Positions 7,965 to 16,063 of a DNA stretch of 19,930 bases are shown here, piece after piece. Under the pieces are notes generated by a model. It was given only the letters and a program-made list of their open reading frames with translations. It made no database searches and had not been told where the DNA came from. Origin of the DNA: a virus (lineage: Duplodnaviria; Heunggongvirae; Uroviricota; Caudoviricetes); the IMG/VR virus record IMGVR_UViG_2529292724_000017; one strand, given 5' to 3'. Position 1 is the first letter of the stretch. Every line of letters starts with the position of its first letter. The position numbers and the translations under genes were made by a program.

Positions 7965-9374
7965 TTAAATTATCGTGATATCTCCTGAATCATCGATAAA
8001 GATAATATTCTCCCTAACGAGTTTATCAAGCCAGCGTTTAAAACCTTTGCGGCCGTTCTCTCCAAACAGAGTGGTAATATCATCACGTATAACAGAGACA
8101 TTACACGGTTCACCTTTGGCTTTTCGGCTCCGGATTGACTGCCAGAGTGCAGCGTGGTTCCCAGTCAGGTGCTTGATATCAGCAAGTTCCGGATCAGGTT
8201 CTCGTGCCTCTCGTGGCAGGTCCTGCACCACCAGCGACGAAATAAGCTCACCATCACGATCTGTGAACAATTCGATCGGACGCAGATCGAATGCGGCCTG
8301 TTTCGGCTCCTCCGCATCTTTCATCTTCGTACAGGTCAGGATTATCGCCCCACCATCCCCCTCGCGCCGGACATTGAACTCTGCATCGAGCGCAGCCCTG
8401 AAAGCACTGGAACCACGTGCGCCTTTGGTATCGTCTTTTCCTGAATGATGCACCACCAGCAACGTGGCGCCAGTCTCACGCTTGATGACGTCGCAGCCTT
8501 CAATAAACGCCCCCATGTCACGAGCATCGTTTTCATCGTTACCACCAAAGCACCGCGCTAGAGTATCTATGACAATCAGGCGAACCGGCTGCCCCGTTTT
8601 GGACTTAACGTCACGCGCAGCTTTGATCATCTCCTGCATTTCCTCACGGCGAACCGGGAAAACCGGACGGTTTACCAGATACAGATTATTTAGTTTCACA
8701 CCATGTTTTTTCTCCCACGCCTTTATTCGCCGCGGAACGCCAATACCACCTTCACCTACTACGTACATCACAGCGCCGGCTGATACCGACTTCCCCGCCC
8801 ACTTCATCCCGGCTGCAACGTGACAAGCCCAGGACACCGCCAGAAAACTTTTATACGAACCGCTCGGGCCGTAGATACTGCTCAGGCTGTTAGCGGGAAG
8901 ATAACTTTTTAACGTGTAATCCTGCTCCTGATCGTACCCATCAGAGCCCACGCTTAAAGGAAGGCTGTGCCGCAGTGACTCCTCTCGCACAGAGACTTCA
9001 ACCTGTTCACGCAGACGAGAAAGATATTCCCTCCAGTCCTCAGGCTCATGGTCGGGGATTCCTTTATACAATTTGGCATCCTGCACGCCAGCCAGCGCCA
9101 GCTTTTCAGCAATGTTATTAATCTGGATAGGCTTTATATTCCCTGCCAGGTAAATCCGCACGGCACGACGGCCATCATCCACAATGCGCAGGTTATCCAG
9201 CTCTGCCAGTTGTTTTGGCCCAAGGTAAACAGGAGGAGTGGTATCTTCGGCAATCTGTTTACCAAGCCCCTCTTCCCAACCCTTCGCATGGGCGTATGCT
9301 TCTGACCCGGCAAAAATAACTGCCTCCGTGAATTTTTCTTTTGGCAGGTGTTTCAGATTCGGTGCGTTTTTCAT
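7965..9374 (-). CDS. replication initiator: primase-associated N-terminal domain fused to RepA/DnaB-like RecA-fold ATPase (469 aa)
   Basis: Walker A GPSGSYKS and Walker B-like LIVIDTL; first ~125 aa shared with the 14246..16063 product. Confidence 0.65.
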   Translation of the reverse strand: MKNAPNLKHLPKEKFTEAVIFAGSEAYAHAKGWEEGLGKQIAEDTTPPVYLGPKQLAELDNLRIVDDGRRAVRIYLAGNIKPIQINNIAEKLALAGVQDAKLYKGIPDHEPEDWREYLSRLREQVEVSVREESLRHSLPLSVGSDGYDQEQDYTLKSYLPANSLSSIYGPSGSYKSFLAVSWACHVAAGMKWAGKSVSAGAVMYVVGEGGIGVPRRIKAWEKKHGVKLNNLYLVNRPVFPVRREEMQEMIKAARDVKSKTGQPVRLIVIDTLARCFGGNDENDARDMGAFIEGCDVIKRETGATLLVVHHSGKDDTKGARGSSAFRAALDAEFNVRREGDGGAIILTCTKMKDAEEPKQAAFDLRPIELFTDRDGELISSLVVQDLPREAREPDPELADIKHLTGNHAALWQSIRSRKAKGEPCNVSVIRDDITTLFGENGRKGFKRWLDKLVRENIIFIDDSGDITII

Positions 9375-9694
9375 TTCAGCCCCTTATCCCATCCGTCAGA
9401 TCCAACACTCAGCGGCAGAGAAGAGCGCAGAGCAGCGATTTTTTTACGCACGTTTTCTTTTACGGTCTCCTGCCACTCCCTGCTTTCCTCAGGGAGATAA
9501 ATAAATTCTTTTCGGAACCGGTACTCAGAAAAAATACACTCATGTGAATACCCATCCCGGACATACGTAATACGGCTATCCGTTATGCATGTGACAGTAA
9601 TTTTTTCTCCGCGAGAATCTTTCCAGCGACTGTTAAGCTCGATTTTTGGTTGAGCGATGCCCTCAAGCTGAACCTGATTGAATTTTTTAATCAT
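9371..9694 (-). CDS. conserved hypothetical protein (107 aa) translationally coupled to the replication gene
   Basis: Homolog of 16060..16359 (shared block TV..I...R.Y..RDGYS); 4-nt overlap with downstream start. Confidence 0.55.
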   Translation of the reverse strand: MIKKFNQVQLEGIAQPKIELNSRWKDSRGEKITVTCITDSRITYVRDGYSHECIFSEYRFRKEFIYLPEESREWQETVKENVRKKIAALRSSLPLSVGSDGWDKGLK

Positions 9695-9698
9695 GAAT

Positions 9699-9878
9699 TT
9701 ATTCCTTGTCGGTAGCCGTTAAACCGTATGCTTCAGCAGCCTGACGAACTGCCTGGATAAAACCTTCCGGTGTGGCCACGATTTCGTCCGGACGAAGGCG
9801 GCGCTCTGTAACCTGACCGTTTTTAACCGTCACCAGTACGCGGATCTCGTAATCAGCAGGTAAGGCGGAGTTATCCAT
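9699..9878 (-). CDS. hypothetical small protein (59 aa)
   Basis: Internal ATG of track ORF 9699..10004, overlapping the stop of the upstream Ash-like gene by 8 nt; clean composition ([16 protein letters not shown]...). Confidence 0.4.
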   Translation of the reverse strand: MDNSALPADYEIRVLVTVKNGQVTERRLRPDEIVATPEGFIQAVRQAAEAYGLTATDKE

Positions 9879-10158
9879 GGCGCACCTCCATTGGCACAGC
9901 TTCATTGCTGTAAGGATCGCTACCCAAGATGCTCCATAGGGTGCGATGTTCAGGATCCATAAACGACACTGAGAGCGGGCTTTCTGTTCGGATTTTGGCG
10001 GCAAAGGTCAAGTCCCAGCCGCAGAACTTTGCACGGGCAGTATCTTCAGTGTCTGCAATGGTGCGCAGAACTATCGGGAGACAAGAGTGACCTCGCGGCG
10101 TGCCAAGGAATAGCCATGTAAATTTTGGGCGAGTTTGGGTATGCTGTTGATCAGCCAT
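9871..10158 (-). CDS. Ash/Icd-like small protein typical of P4-type elements (95 aa)
   Basis: [12 protein letters not shown]...[17 protein letters not shown] resembles the KFTW(R/L)F...E.EAR pattern of Ash/Icd-like proteins as recalled; ATG at 10156..10158 with SD GAGGT; first gene of the replication operon. Confidence 0.45.
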   Translation of the reverse strand: MADQQHTQTRPKFTWLFLGTPRGHSCLPIVLRTIADTEDTARAKFCGWDLTFAAKIRTESPLSVSFMDPEHRTLWSILGSDPYSNEAVPMEVRHG

Positions 10159-10190
10159 AACTGTTACCTCAACTAACGGTTTGTGGTTAG

Positions 10191-10235
10191 ACGTCCCGTG
10201 AGTGGTTCCAAGCACTTCCGGGACGTTGCTTTTTT
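10191..10235 (+). terminator. conserved hairpin ACGTCCCG-(20 nt)-CGGGACGT followed by TGCTTTTTT, terminator-like on the plus strand
   Basis: Paralogous hairpin at 16919..16952 has ACGCCCCG/CGGGGCGT, a compensatory base-pair change; both sit ~40 nt upstream of an Ash-like start. Confidence 0.45.
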
Positions 10236-10251
10236 CACGTCAAGCGTGATA

Positions 10252-10296
10252 ACGTACGTACGTAATAGCAACATCCTATGAGGTTACGTACGTACA
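10252..10296. promoter_or_regulatory. two palindromic operator-like sites (ACGTACGTACGT and TACGTACGTACA) flanking the promoter of the RHH gene
   Basis: Two near-identical palindromes ~33 bp apart; the second overlaps the RHH start codon; region lies between divergent genes. Confidence 0.45.
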
Positions 10297-10487
10297 TGTC
10301 AACAATAAAACGAGATAAAACACCCAAAGGAGAGGGCTTGTCTCCGACATTCCAAATCCGAATAAGTCCTGAATTGCGCCAGCAGATGAATGAAGCTGCT
10401 GAGCGTGAGGGAGTAAGTCTTGGTAATTGGCTTAAAGGTCTGGCTAGAAATGAACTTATTAAGCAAGGAATTGAACCTAAAGGTTAG
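10296..10487 (+). CDS. ribbon-helix-helix (Arc/CopG/HicB-type) DNA-binding protein, candidate repressor of the inner element
   Basis: FQIRISPELRQQMNEAAEREGVSLGNWLKGLARNEL fits a beta-strand plus two helices RHH; divergent from the replication operon; start placed at the second ATG (track ORF begins 10278). Confidence 0.55.
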   Translation: MSTIKRDKTPKGEGLSPTFQIRISPELRQQMNEAAEREGVSLGNWLKGLARNELIKQGIEPKG

Positions 10488-10540
10488 TTTTCACAAGCAC
10501 TCTTTGATTTTTTCAGTAAAAATTAAATTAAGGAAATTCT

Positions 10541-11251
10541 ATGGATGATTTATATACACCATCTGAATATTTTATGTTCGTAGAGAAATTTGATCATTAC
10601 TTCCCACGAAAAAGCCCTTTTAACTCATTATTATTCGAGTTCAATTATAGATTAGAAGATATAGTTGTTTTTCATCGCTTTGTTATCAACACCTATTCAA
10701 AAAATAAAAAAGCAATTGATGTACAATATAATAAATTTAATTTTCTTGATGATAAACAAAAAAATTCCCTTTCTGATGACGAGTATGAAGCGTATCAACT
10801 CAGGTTTGCAAGGCATATGGAATACATTAACCATCAAACTGATTTGAATGAAAAAGCGTCTTACATTGCTAACGATAGTGTCGTTATAAACTTATGGGCC
10901 ATGAATGAACAATATATGACTAGAGGATTGGCCAACCTAATATCTCAAAAAGAAAATAAAAATTTAAATGAAGTTAAAACGCCTTACAAATGGGATACAA
11001 TCAAAAGTAAATTCCTGTCATATGGAATCAACTTTGAGACATTGCCATCTTATGATGACATTAATGAATGTAGAGTACTGAATAATAAAATAAAACATCT
11101 GAACATAGTAGATTCTGGTTTAGAAGTTTTCCCTCCCTTCAAAGGTAAGCTTAACGAATCACTTACTGGCATGGCCTTTCCTCTTCAAAAATATATCATA
11201 GGCTCTCATCACTTTATAGGAATGCTATTAGAAGAGTGCTCATTAAAATAA
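10541..11251 (+). CDS. hypothetical protein (236 aa), AT-rich cargo downstream of the RHH regulator
   Basis: SD AAGGAA; 53-nt gap after the RHH gene with no obvious terminator; no family recognised. Confidence 0.55.
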   Translation: MDDLYTPSEYFMFVEKFDHYFPRKSPFNSLLFEFNYRLEDIVVFHRFVINTYSKNKKAIDVQYNKFNFLDDKQKNSLSDDEYEAYQLRFARHMEYINHQTDLNEKASYIANDSVVINLWAMNEQYMTRGLANLISQKENKNLNEVKTPYKWDTIKSKFLSYGINFETLPSYDDINECRVLNNKIKHLNIVDSGLEVFPPFKGKLNESLTGMAFPLQKYIIGSHHFIGMLLEECSLK

Positions 11252-11297
11252 ACGCATGGCAACGTATAATTTATCGCTTAATACGTTGCCATATCTC

Positions 11298-11543
11298 TCA
11301 TTTATTTTTATCGAACCAATCTCCTTTAATCCAAGCTTGCATCTCTGAGAGCCGGTAAGCAACTGCTGACGGCCCAATTTTGATTCGCTTAGGAAATTTT
11401 CCTTCCTGTTCCATGCGCCAGCGCGTTGAGTTAGACAACGTAGTCATAGCCCGGCATTCAGGTTCGCGAATCATTCTGTCAAGGTCAGGCATGTACTGGA
11501 GATCTTCTTTTTTCACAACGGATAACATAGCCATATCAGGCAC
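11298..11543 (-). CDS. alpA: AlpA-family small DNA-binding protein (transcriptional regulator/excisionase-like)
   Basis: IREPECRAMTTLSNSTRWRMEQEGKFPKRIKIGPSAVAYRLSEMQAWI matches the AlpA HTH pattern; SD AAGGAG; start overlaps the integrase stop. Confidence 0.65.
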   Translation of the reverse strand: MPDMAMLSVVKKEDLQYMPDLDRMIREPECRAMTTLSNSTRWRMEQEGKFPKRIKIGPSAVAYRLSEMQAWIKGDWFDKNK

Positions 11544-12771
11544 TCCTTTTCTTAATTACTTTTACTGTATTTTCTTCACCCACCAGCCCATCAAGGTAGT
11601 CAACCCATCGGTCCAGTGCTTCTTGCTTTTGAGGGATATACTTGCTGCGGTTATAGACTCCGGCCACGCCCTTTATGGTATGCCCCAGCAGCTGCTCTAC
11701 GACCATAAAATCAACGCCCATATCGTTAAGGCTTGTCGAGAACGTTCGTCTCAAATCATGTAATGACCAGCGTTTTTCATGTTTCAGAGAGATAAAGTTT
11801 GTGCATCCCATCGTACTGACGGTTGAATCAGATTTCAGTTCGCCAAATATGTAGCCTCTCCTTTTAGTCTCTTCGTGCAGGTTTACGATCCACTGGCGCA
11901 TTTTTTGAGGAACGGGGCGAATAATTTCTTCGCCGTTTTTACTGTGCTCTTTAGGTACTGTCCAAATCCACTTATCGAAATCCCACTCATCCCATGTAGA
12001 TAAACGCGCCTCACTCAGCCTGCAGCCAAACACGAGACACAAAATCGCCATCCTTTTTTTGTAATTCATTACACGGGTTTTGCCTTTACCATGAAAGTAC
12101 ACTCCCCACAGATCGGCGACGTAGCTTTCCTCAAGTAGCCGCTCTCTCTTGTTCTGATACTTACCGATATCACCAGGGCTCAAATCATCAAGCACATTGC
12201 ACCGCACATACTGGCGCACCCGGCAGTATTTGAAGATCTGCTTTAACTCAATCAGCATTGCAGCAGACTGAACCGGCGCGATTTTCTTTATGCGGTCGAA
12301 GCACTTGATCCAGTCTGACAGACCGCATTTCTCGACAGGAAACCCGCCGATGTAGGGAAAAATGTATCTCTCATAACGGCGATAGAGCCGTAAAGTCTCT
12401 TTGCGCTTTTCCCTGGCATAGTTATCAAACCAGTAATCGATAGCGTTCTTCACAGTTACTGGAGTGAACAGGTTCTCTTTGGTGAGTTTGTTCTCTATTC
12501 GTGGGTCGAGTCCCTGAGATAGCCATGCCCGGCACTCGTCCCTTTTCTCTCTGGCCTGTTTAAGGGTCATATCTGGATACTTGCCTAACGTCATCCAGAC
12601 GGGGGCGCTTTGTCGGCCGGAATGTCTGAAGAAATACACAAAGCTCACAGTGCCACTAACGCTCACTCTGACAGACAGTCCACGACCATCTGCCACCATC
12701 TTTTGACGCGGCTGGGGTTTACCATGTAAGGCCTTTAACGCCTTGTCGCTTAACTTGTTCTCGCCCGCCAT
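11536..12771 (-). CDS. int: tyrosine site-specific integrase, P4-type (411 aa)
   Basis: Length and motifs of phage integrases (C-terminal LHDLRRTF, LLGH, then Y in VYNRSKY); paralog at 18701..19930. Confidence 0.8.
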   Translation of the reverse strand: MAGENKLSDKALKALHGKPQPRQKMVADGRGLSVRVSVSGTVSFVYFFRHSGRQSAPVWMTLGKYPDMTLKQAREKRDECRAWLSQGLDPRIENKLTKENLFTPVTVKNAIDYWFDNYAREKRKETLRLYRRYERYIFPYIGGFPVEKCGLSDWIKCFDRIKKIAPVQSAAMLIELKQIFKYCRVRQYVRCNVLDDLSPGDIGKYQNKRERLLEESYVADLWGVYFHGKGKTRVMNYKKRMAILCLVFGCRLSEARLSTWDEWDFDKWIWTVPKEHSKNGEEIIRPVPQKMRQWIVNLHEETKRRGYIFGELKSDSTVSTMGCTNFISLKHEKRWSLHDLRRTFSTSLNDMGVDFMVVEQLLGHTIKGVAGVYNRSKYIPQKQEALDRWVDYLDGLVGEENTVKVIKKRSA

Positions 12772-12783
12772 AAAACCTCATTC

Positions 12784-12807
12784 TGCAATACACATTGCAA
12801 TACACAC
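12784..12807. repeat. tandem repeat TGCAATACAcatTGCAATACAcac immediately upstream of the integrase start
   Basis: Same motif as 2697..2721 at the other end of the inner element. Confidence 0.5.
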
Positions 12808-12934
12808 TTAACTGCAACGCCGAAAAACAGTAGAAAAGCAATGCAAACAACACCTCTTCTTTCTTCATAATTAACAATAAGTTAATGAATGAATACGGTT
12901 CTTCATGCGTACCCATGAGGTAGTGTGAAGGATA

Positions 12935-12946
12935 ATGGATCATCAT
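12935..12946. repeat. 12-bp direct repeat ATGGATCATCAT, right copy (putative att core / junction)
   Basis: Identical to 2618..2629. Confidence 0.65.
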
Positions 12947-13258
12947 CATGGCGTTCTCCGGCATCACTACACGATCGCCAGCCATTGCGACCACCGAAGC
13001 CATTGAAGCCGCAACACCATCGATATAAACCGTAATGTCTGCCGGATGATTCCGTAGCAGGTTATAGATGGCGATGCCTTCAAACACATCACCACCTGGT
13101 GAATGGATCCTCAGATTGATATGTGAAACATCGCCAAGGGCTTTCAGGTCTTCCGCGAACTGCTTTGCAGTAACACCGAAGCCGCCAATCTCCTCATAGA
13201 TAGATATATCCGCCGCTCCACGAACATCCGCCGCCTTAATGGTGTACCAGCGATTCAT
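12935..13258 (-). pseudogene. ClpP-like prohead protease / capsid gene, 5' portion only (N-terminal ~108 codons)
   Basis: MNRWYTIKAADVRGAADISIYEEIGGFGV...GVAASMASVVAMAGDRVVMPENAMMMIH is colinear with the N-terminus of the intact paralog; the track ORF 12719..13258 reads on into insert DNA after the repeat. Confidence 0.7.
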
Positions 13259-13464
13259 TATTCCCCCACCGATGCAAAACCATTCTGATTAAGCCAGGTG
13301 TTTACGGCATGTCTGACAATCTGCGCCACACCTGGTAATGGTTTGTCAGGATGATGATTTATATGGTCGATCCTGTACTGCTTAAGGCGCATAACGGTCT
13401 GCGCATCCAGATGAACGGAACCACCCCTGATATCGCCCGTGTTCAGGTCATTAATACAACTCAC
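13258..13464 (-). CDS. small conserved protein (68 aa) preceding the interrupted capsid gene
   Basis: Homolog of 6584..6796; probable GTG start with SD AGGAAG. Confidence 0.55.
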   Translation of the reverse strand: MSCINDLNTGDIRGGSVHLDAQTVMRLKQYRIDHINHHPDKPLPGVAQIVRHAVNTWLNQNGFASVGE

Positions 13465-13562
13465 AGTAACTTCCTCTTACTGACTAAACTGTGCACATTA
13501 TTGATCGATAAAAGTGGTAAATAAATATATTTCTATCATAAAAATAGATTAATCAGATTCAG

Positions 13563-13589
13563 ACACAAAAAAGCCGGAGAAAATCCGGC
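13563..13589 (-). terminator. intrinsic-terminator-like hairpin GCCGGA-gaaaa-TCCGGC followed by T6 on the minus strand
   Basis: Seen directly. Confidence 0.4.
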
Positions 13590-13776
13590 ATAAATACCCC
13601 GCCATCTGAACACGTTTTGACACTGGCAACTCCACCTGGCAGGTGAAAAACAGATTTATTTATATATTTCAATTAATTGCAAGCTGGTCTAATGACAGGG
13701 AGAAAAAAATATTGTACAGGTGAAAACAGAAATAATTTTTAATTATCAATAAATTATCAAACATGCTGCCGCCGCC

Positions 13777-13873
13777 ATGAAAATGCAAAAACCAGCCTTT
13801 TTCCGCGACGCTCCCGCCCCGTGGCAGGTCACTACACCGGGAGGACCCATAAAAAAGCCGGATTGCTCCGGCT
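13777..13873 (-). promoter_or_regulatory. conserved element, copy 3 (near-identical to copy 1 over ~75 bp) with terminator-like hairpin GCCGGAgcaaTCCGGC plus T6 on the minus strand (13850..13873)
   Basis: Direct-repeat copy lying upstream of the small-protein/capsid module rather than downstream of the capsid gene. Confidence 0.45.
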
Positions 13874-14005
13874 TCTGTTACTCGTTGCTTAAAACGGTAT
13901 GTTATCCCCGTACGGATCATCATTCCCCGCCTGTTGTTTTGGTGTGCTTCGCTGTCATAGGCTTTATCTCACAGCAGTAAATTAAAATTTTTGCGTTTTA
14001 ACCCT

Positions 14006-14232
14006 TCACCTGTTCACCTTTTGATATTTTCTCTTTTAATTCATAATGTTAAGGGGTGAACAGTTTCACAAAAACTATTCACCAACTGTTCACCACTGTT
14101 CACCCTTGAAGCTCAATAAACAATCAAAAAGGTGAACAGTGAATAGTTTGGTGAACAGTTCATAAATAACTGCTCACCCTATAATATACTGATATAAAAG
14201 ATATTTATGACAGGGTGAACAGTGGTGAACAG
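14006..14232. repeat. iteron-type replication origin: eight or more copies of GGTGAACAG / CTGTTCACC in both orientations with AT-rich spacers
   Basis: Copies near 14009, 14055, 14086, 14096, 14131, 14151, 14214 and 14224; immediately downstream of the primase-helicase gene. Confidence 0.65.
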
Positions 14233-14245
14233 TTATTCCATAAGT

Positions 14246-16063
14246 TTAATTTTTGCTATCGTCATTAGTGACCGATACACATGATGGCATCCAGTCTTCT
14301 GATTCCTCCGTCAGTGTCACGTTTGAACGCAAACCGTGCTTCGTTTTCCGTTTCATATACTCCCTGCCATATTCCGCCATTGCCCCCGGCATATCTTTAC
14401 CGAAGCGCGTCAGTGTTACAGGTTTACCAAACCCATGTGCCCTCATATAAGCCAGATAGGCATGATAGAGATACCTGCGTGGGCTGAATGGCACAATTTC
14501 AGCATTACCCACTAACAGGCCATCACACATTACCGACGCCATGAGATAGCCGCAGAAGTCCACCAGCGAATCCCCCTCTCGCTTTATCGCCAGTGCTTCT
14601 TCAGATTTCTGCTGCTCATATAACAGGCGTCTGGCTTCGTCCTGGTCAGCAAACCGTGTAAGCAGATGGCGAATCACTACCGCCAGCTCACCTTCTATTT
14701 TTTCCGCCAGCATTGGATCACGTTCGTTCTCCGGTACAACTTCCGAAAAATTGAATATCACCCGACGACGTGAGATCCCCCCGCTGCGGTCACTGAATGA
14801 CATGGCGTTATTGTTAACCGCCAGCACTACTGCCGGAATACGCGTTGAGTAGGGGGCTTTGTGTTTCGGGTCAATTGCCACCTTGTCACCGCCTGTAATA
14901 GCCTTAATCCCTGCCCCATCACCAGCGTAGCGGGTCATATCCGGCATGATAATCAGCGAAAAGCCAACCACTAACGCGCGTTCCCTTGCATCTTCCAGCG
15001 CCTTCATGCTTGCCGATACTGTGTTGGCCTTACCCGCCAGCATGGTGCAAATCTCCGCCATCACGCTTTTACCACTTCCCCCTGGACCTGTTACCTCAAT
15101 GAATAACTGCCAGTCGTACCGGTTCGCCAGCACCATGAATAATGCAGCCAGTACGCGATCCGCCTTGCGGTCATTCTCAGCCACCGAACGGCGTAACCAC
15201 TTCCAGAAATTCGGCGCATGTGTTGCCAGCGTTTCCCCCTCTGCTGGTGGGCTGAAAGGTAATTCACTGGCAATTAACAACCAGTCGTTTTTGTTATGCT
15301 CCCGAAAATTACCTGTTCTGGTATCAAATACCCCGTTACTGAATCCAATCAGGTTACGGGCTGTATTCCCCATTACAGGCAAACTTAACTTCATGGTATC
15401 GACCGCCGATTTAATGGCGTTCTGCGAATAGCTGATCTCCGCATCAATGAAAATCTGTGCCATAGCTCGCTGTAATTCTTTATCCTGTACTGGCTCCCAT
15501 ACAACGCCGTTGTAATGGTGAACAGTGTCAGAGTCAGCATGAATCGCCAGTTCACCGCCATAATGTGCCAGGAGAACTTCGCCGCGTTGACTTGCTCCCA
15601 TCTGGTTAAGCGCCAGTGATGAAGCGTTATCGTCTTTTACCCGCTCTTTTTTCTTTACAGGCAGTTCAACTACCTTTTTCTTTTCCGCCTGCTCTGCCCG
15701 TTCACGTTCCAGATATTCGCGCCAGTTCTCCCGTTTCTGGCTGTGCATTCCTTCAGGATAATAATCAGCATCCCTGACACCTGCCGCTGCCAGTTTCTGC
15801 CCGATGGTATTAACAAGTCCCGGACGCAATAACCCCGCCTGGTAGAGACGCACGCGATAGCGTCCGTCTGGTACGATTTGCAGGTTGTCCAGTTCGGCAA
15901 GTTGTTGCTCTCCAAGCCAGACAGGTGGCACGTTATCGCCAGCCAGTCGCCCGTCCTGTTCCTGCCACTGCTTCGCATGTGCCCACGCATCACTACCCGC
16001 AAAAATGATGACTTCCGTCATTTTGTCACGCGGTTGGTGTTTTAAATTTGGCGCTTTTTTCAT
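14246..16063 (-). CDS. primase-helicase replication protein (P4 alpha / D5-like, SF3 helicase Walker A VTGPGGSGKS), about 605 aa
   Basis: N-terminal domain shared with the 7965..9374 product; central primase-like region; Walker A and DEAD-like motifs; start placed at MKKAPNLKH (second Met), overlapping the upstream stop as ATGA. Confidence 0.7.
   Translation of the reverse strand: MKKAPNLKHQPRDKMTEVIIFAGSDAWAHAKQWQEQDGRLAGDNVPPVWLGEQQLAELDNLQIVPDGRYRVRLYQAGLLRPGLVNTIGQKLAAAGVRDADYYPEGMHSQKRENWREYLERERAEQAEKKKVVELPVKKKERVKDDNASSLALNQMGASQRGEVLLAHYGGELAIHADSDTVHHYNGVVWEPVQDKELQRAMAQIFIDAEISYSQNAIKSAVDTMKLSLPVMGNTARNLIGFSNGVFDTRTGNFREHNKNDWLLIASELPFSPPAEGETLATHAPNFWKWLRRSVAENDRKADRVLAALFMVLANRYDWQLFIEVTGPGGSGKSVMAEICTMLAGKANTVSASMKALEDARERALVVGFSLIIMPDMTRYAGDGAGIKAITGGDKVAIDPKHKAPYSTRIPAVVLAVNNNAMSFSDRSGGISRRRVIFNFSEVVPENERDPMLAEKIEGELAVVIRHLLTRFADQDEARRLLYEQQKSEEALAIKREGDSLVDFCGYLMASVMCDGLLVGNAEIVPFSPRRYLYHAYLAYMRAHGFGKPVTLTRFGKDMPGAMAEYGREYMKRKTKHGLRSNVTLTEESEDWMPSCVSVTNDDSKN

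Larger units (their letters stand above)
2630..12946 (-). mobile_element. nested integrative satellite-like element (~10.3 kb): int, alpA, RHH regulator, Ash/Icd-like, RepA-like replication protein with iteron ori, protease-capsid, truncated terS, three cargo loci
   Basis: Bounded by the 12-bp direct repeats; integrase at the right end; GCAATACA arm-like repeats near both ends; interrupts a capsid gene that rejoins in frame. Confidence 0.6.

Noticed and set aside
7744-7968. Plus-strand ORF (74 aa) downstream of the replication gene
   Set aside because: Falls entirely within the iteron repeats; the His/Ala/Phe-rich translation reflects repeated CGCAC motifs.
7975-8823. Plus-strand ORFs of 96 to 157 aa inside the RepA-like gene
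   Set aside because: Antisense, Ser/Arg-rich; the Walker motifs support the minus-strand gene.
12772-12934. Expected a tRNA or tmRNA 3' end at the integrase-proximal junction, as is usual for P4-type integrases
   Set aside because: No tRNA-like sequence (acceptor stem, T-arm GTTC, CCA) seen near either junction; the junctions lie inside a capsid gene.
13669-13980. ORFs of 84 aa (minus) and 67 aa (plus) over conserved-element copy 3
   Set aside because: They cover a non-coding repeat with terminator hairpins; no SD; sequence conserved at the DNA level with copy 1, where no such ORF exists.
14006-14232. Possible CRISPR array (short repeats with spacers)
   Set aside because: The repeats are only 9 bp, occur in both orientations with irregular AT-rich spacers and sit directly after a primase-helicase gene; this is an iteron origin, not a CRISPR array.
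14946-15431. Plus-strand ORF (161 aa) and other antisense ORFs inside the primase-helicase gene
   Set aside because: Antisense to a gene with clear Walker A and primase-like motifs.
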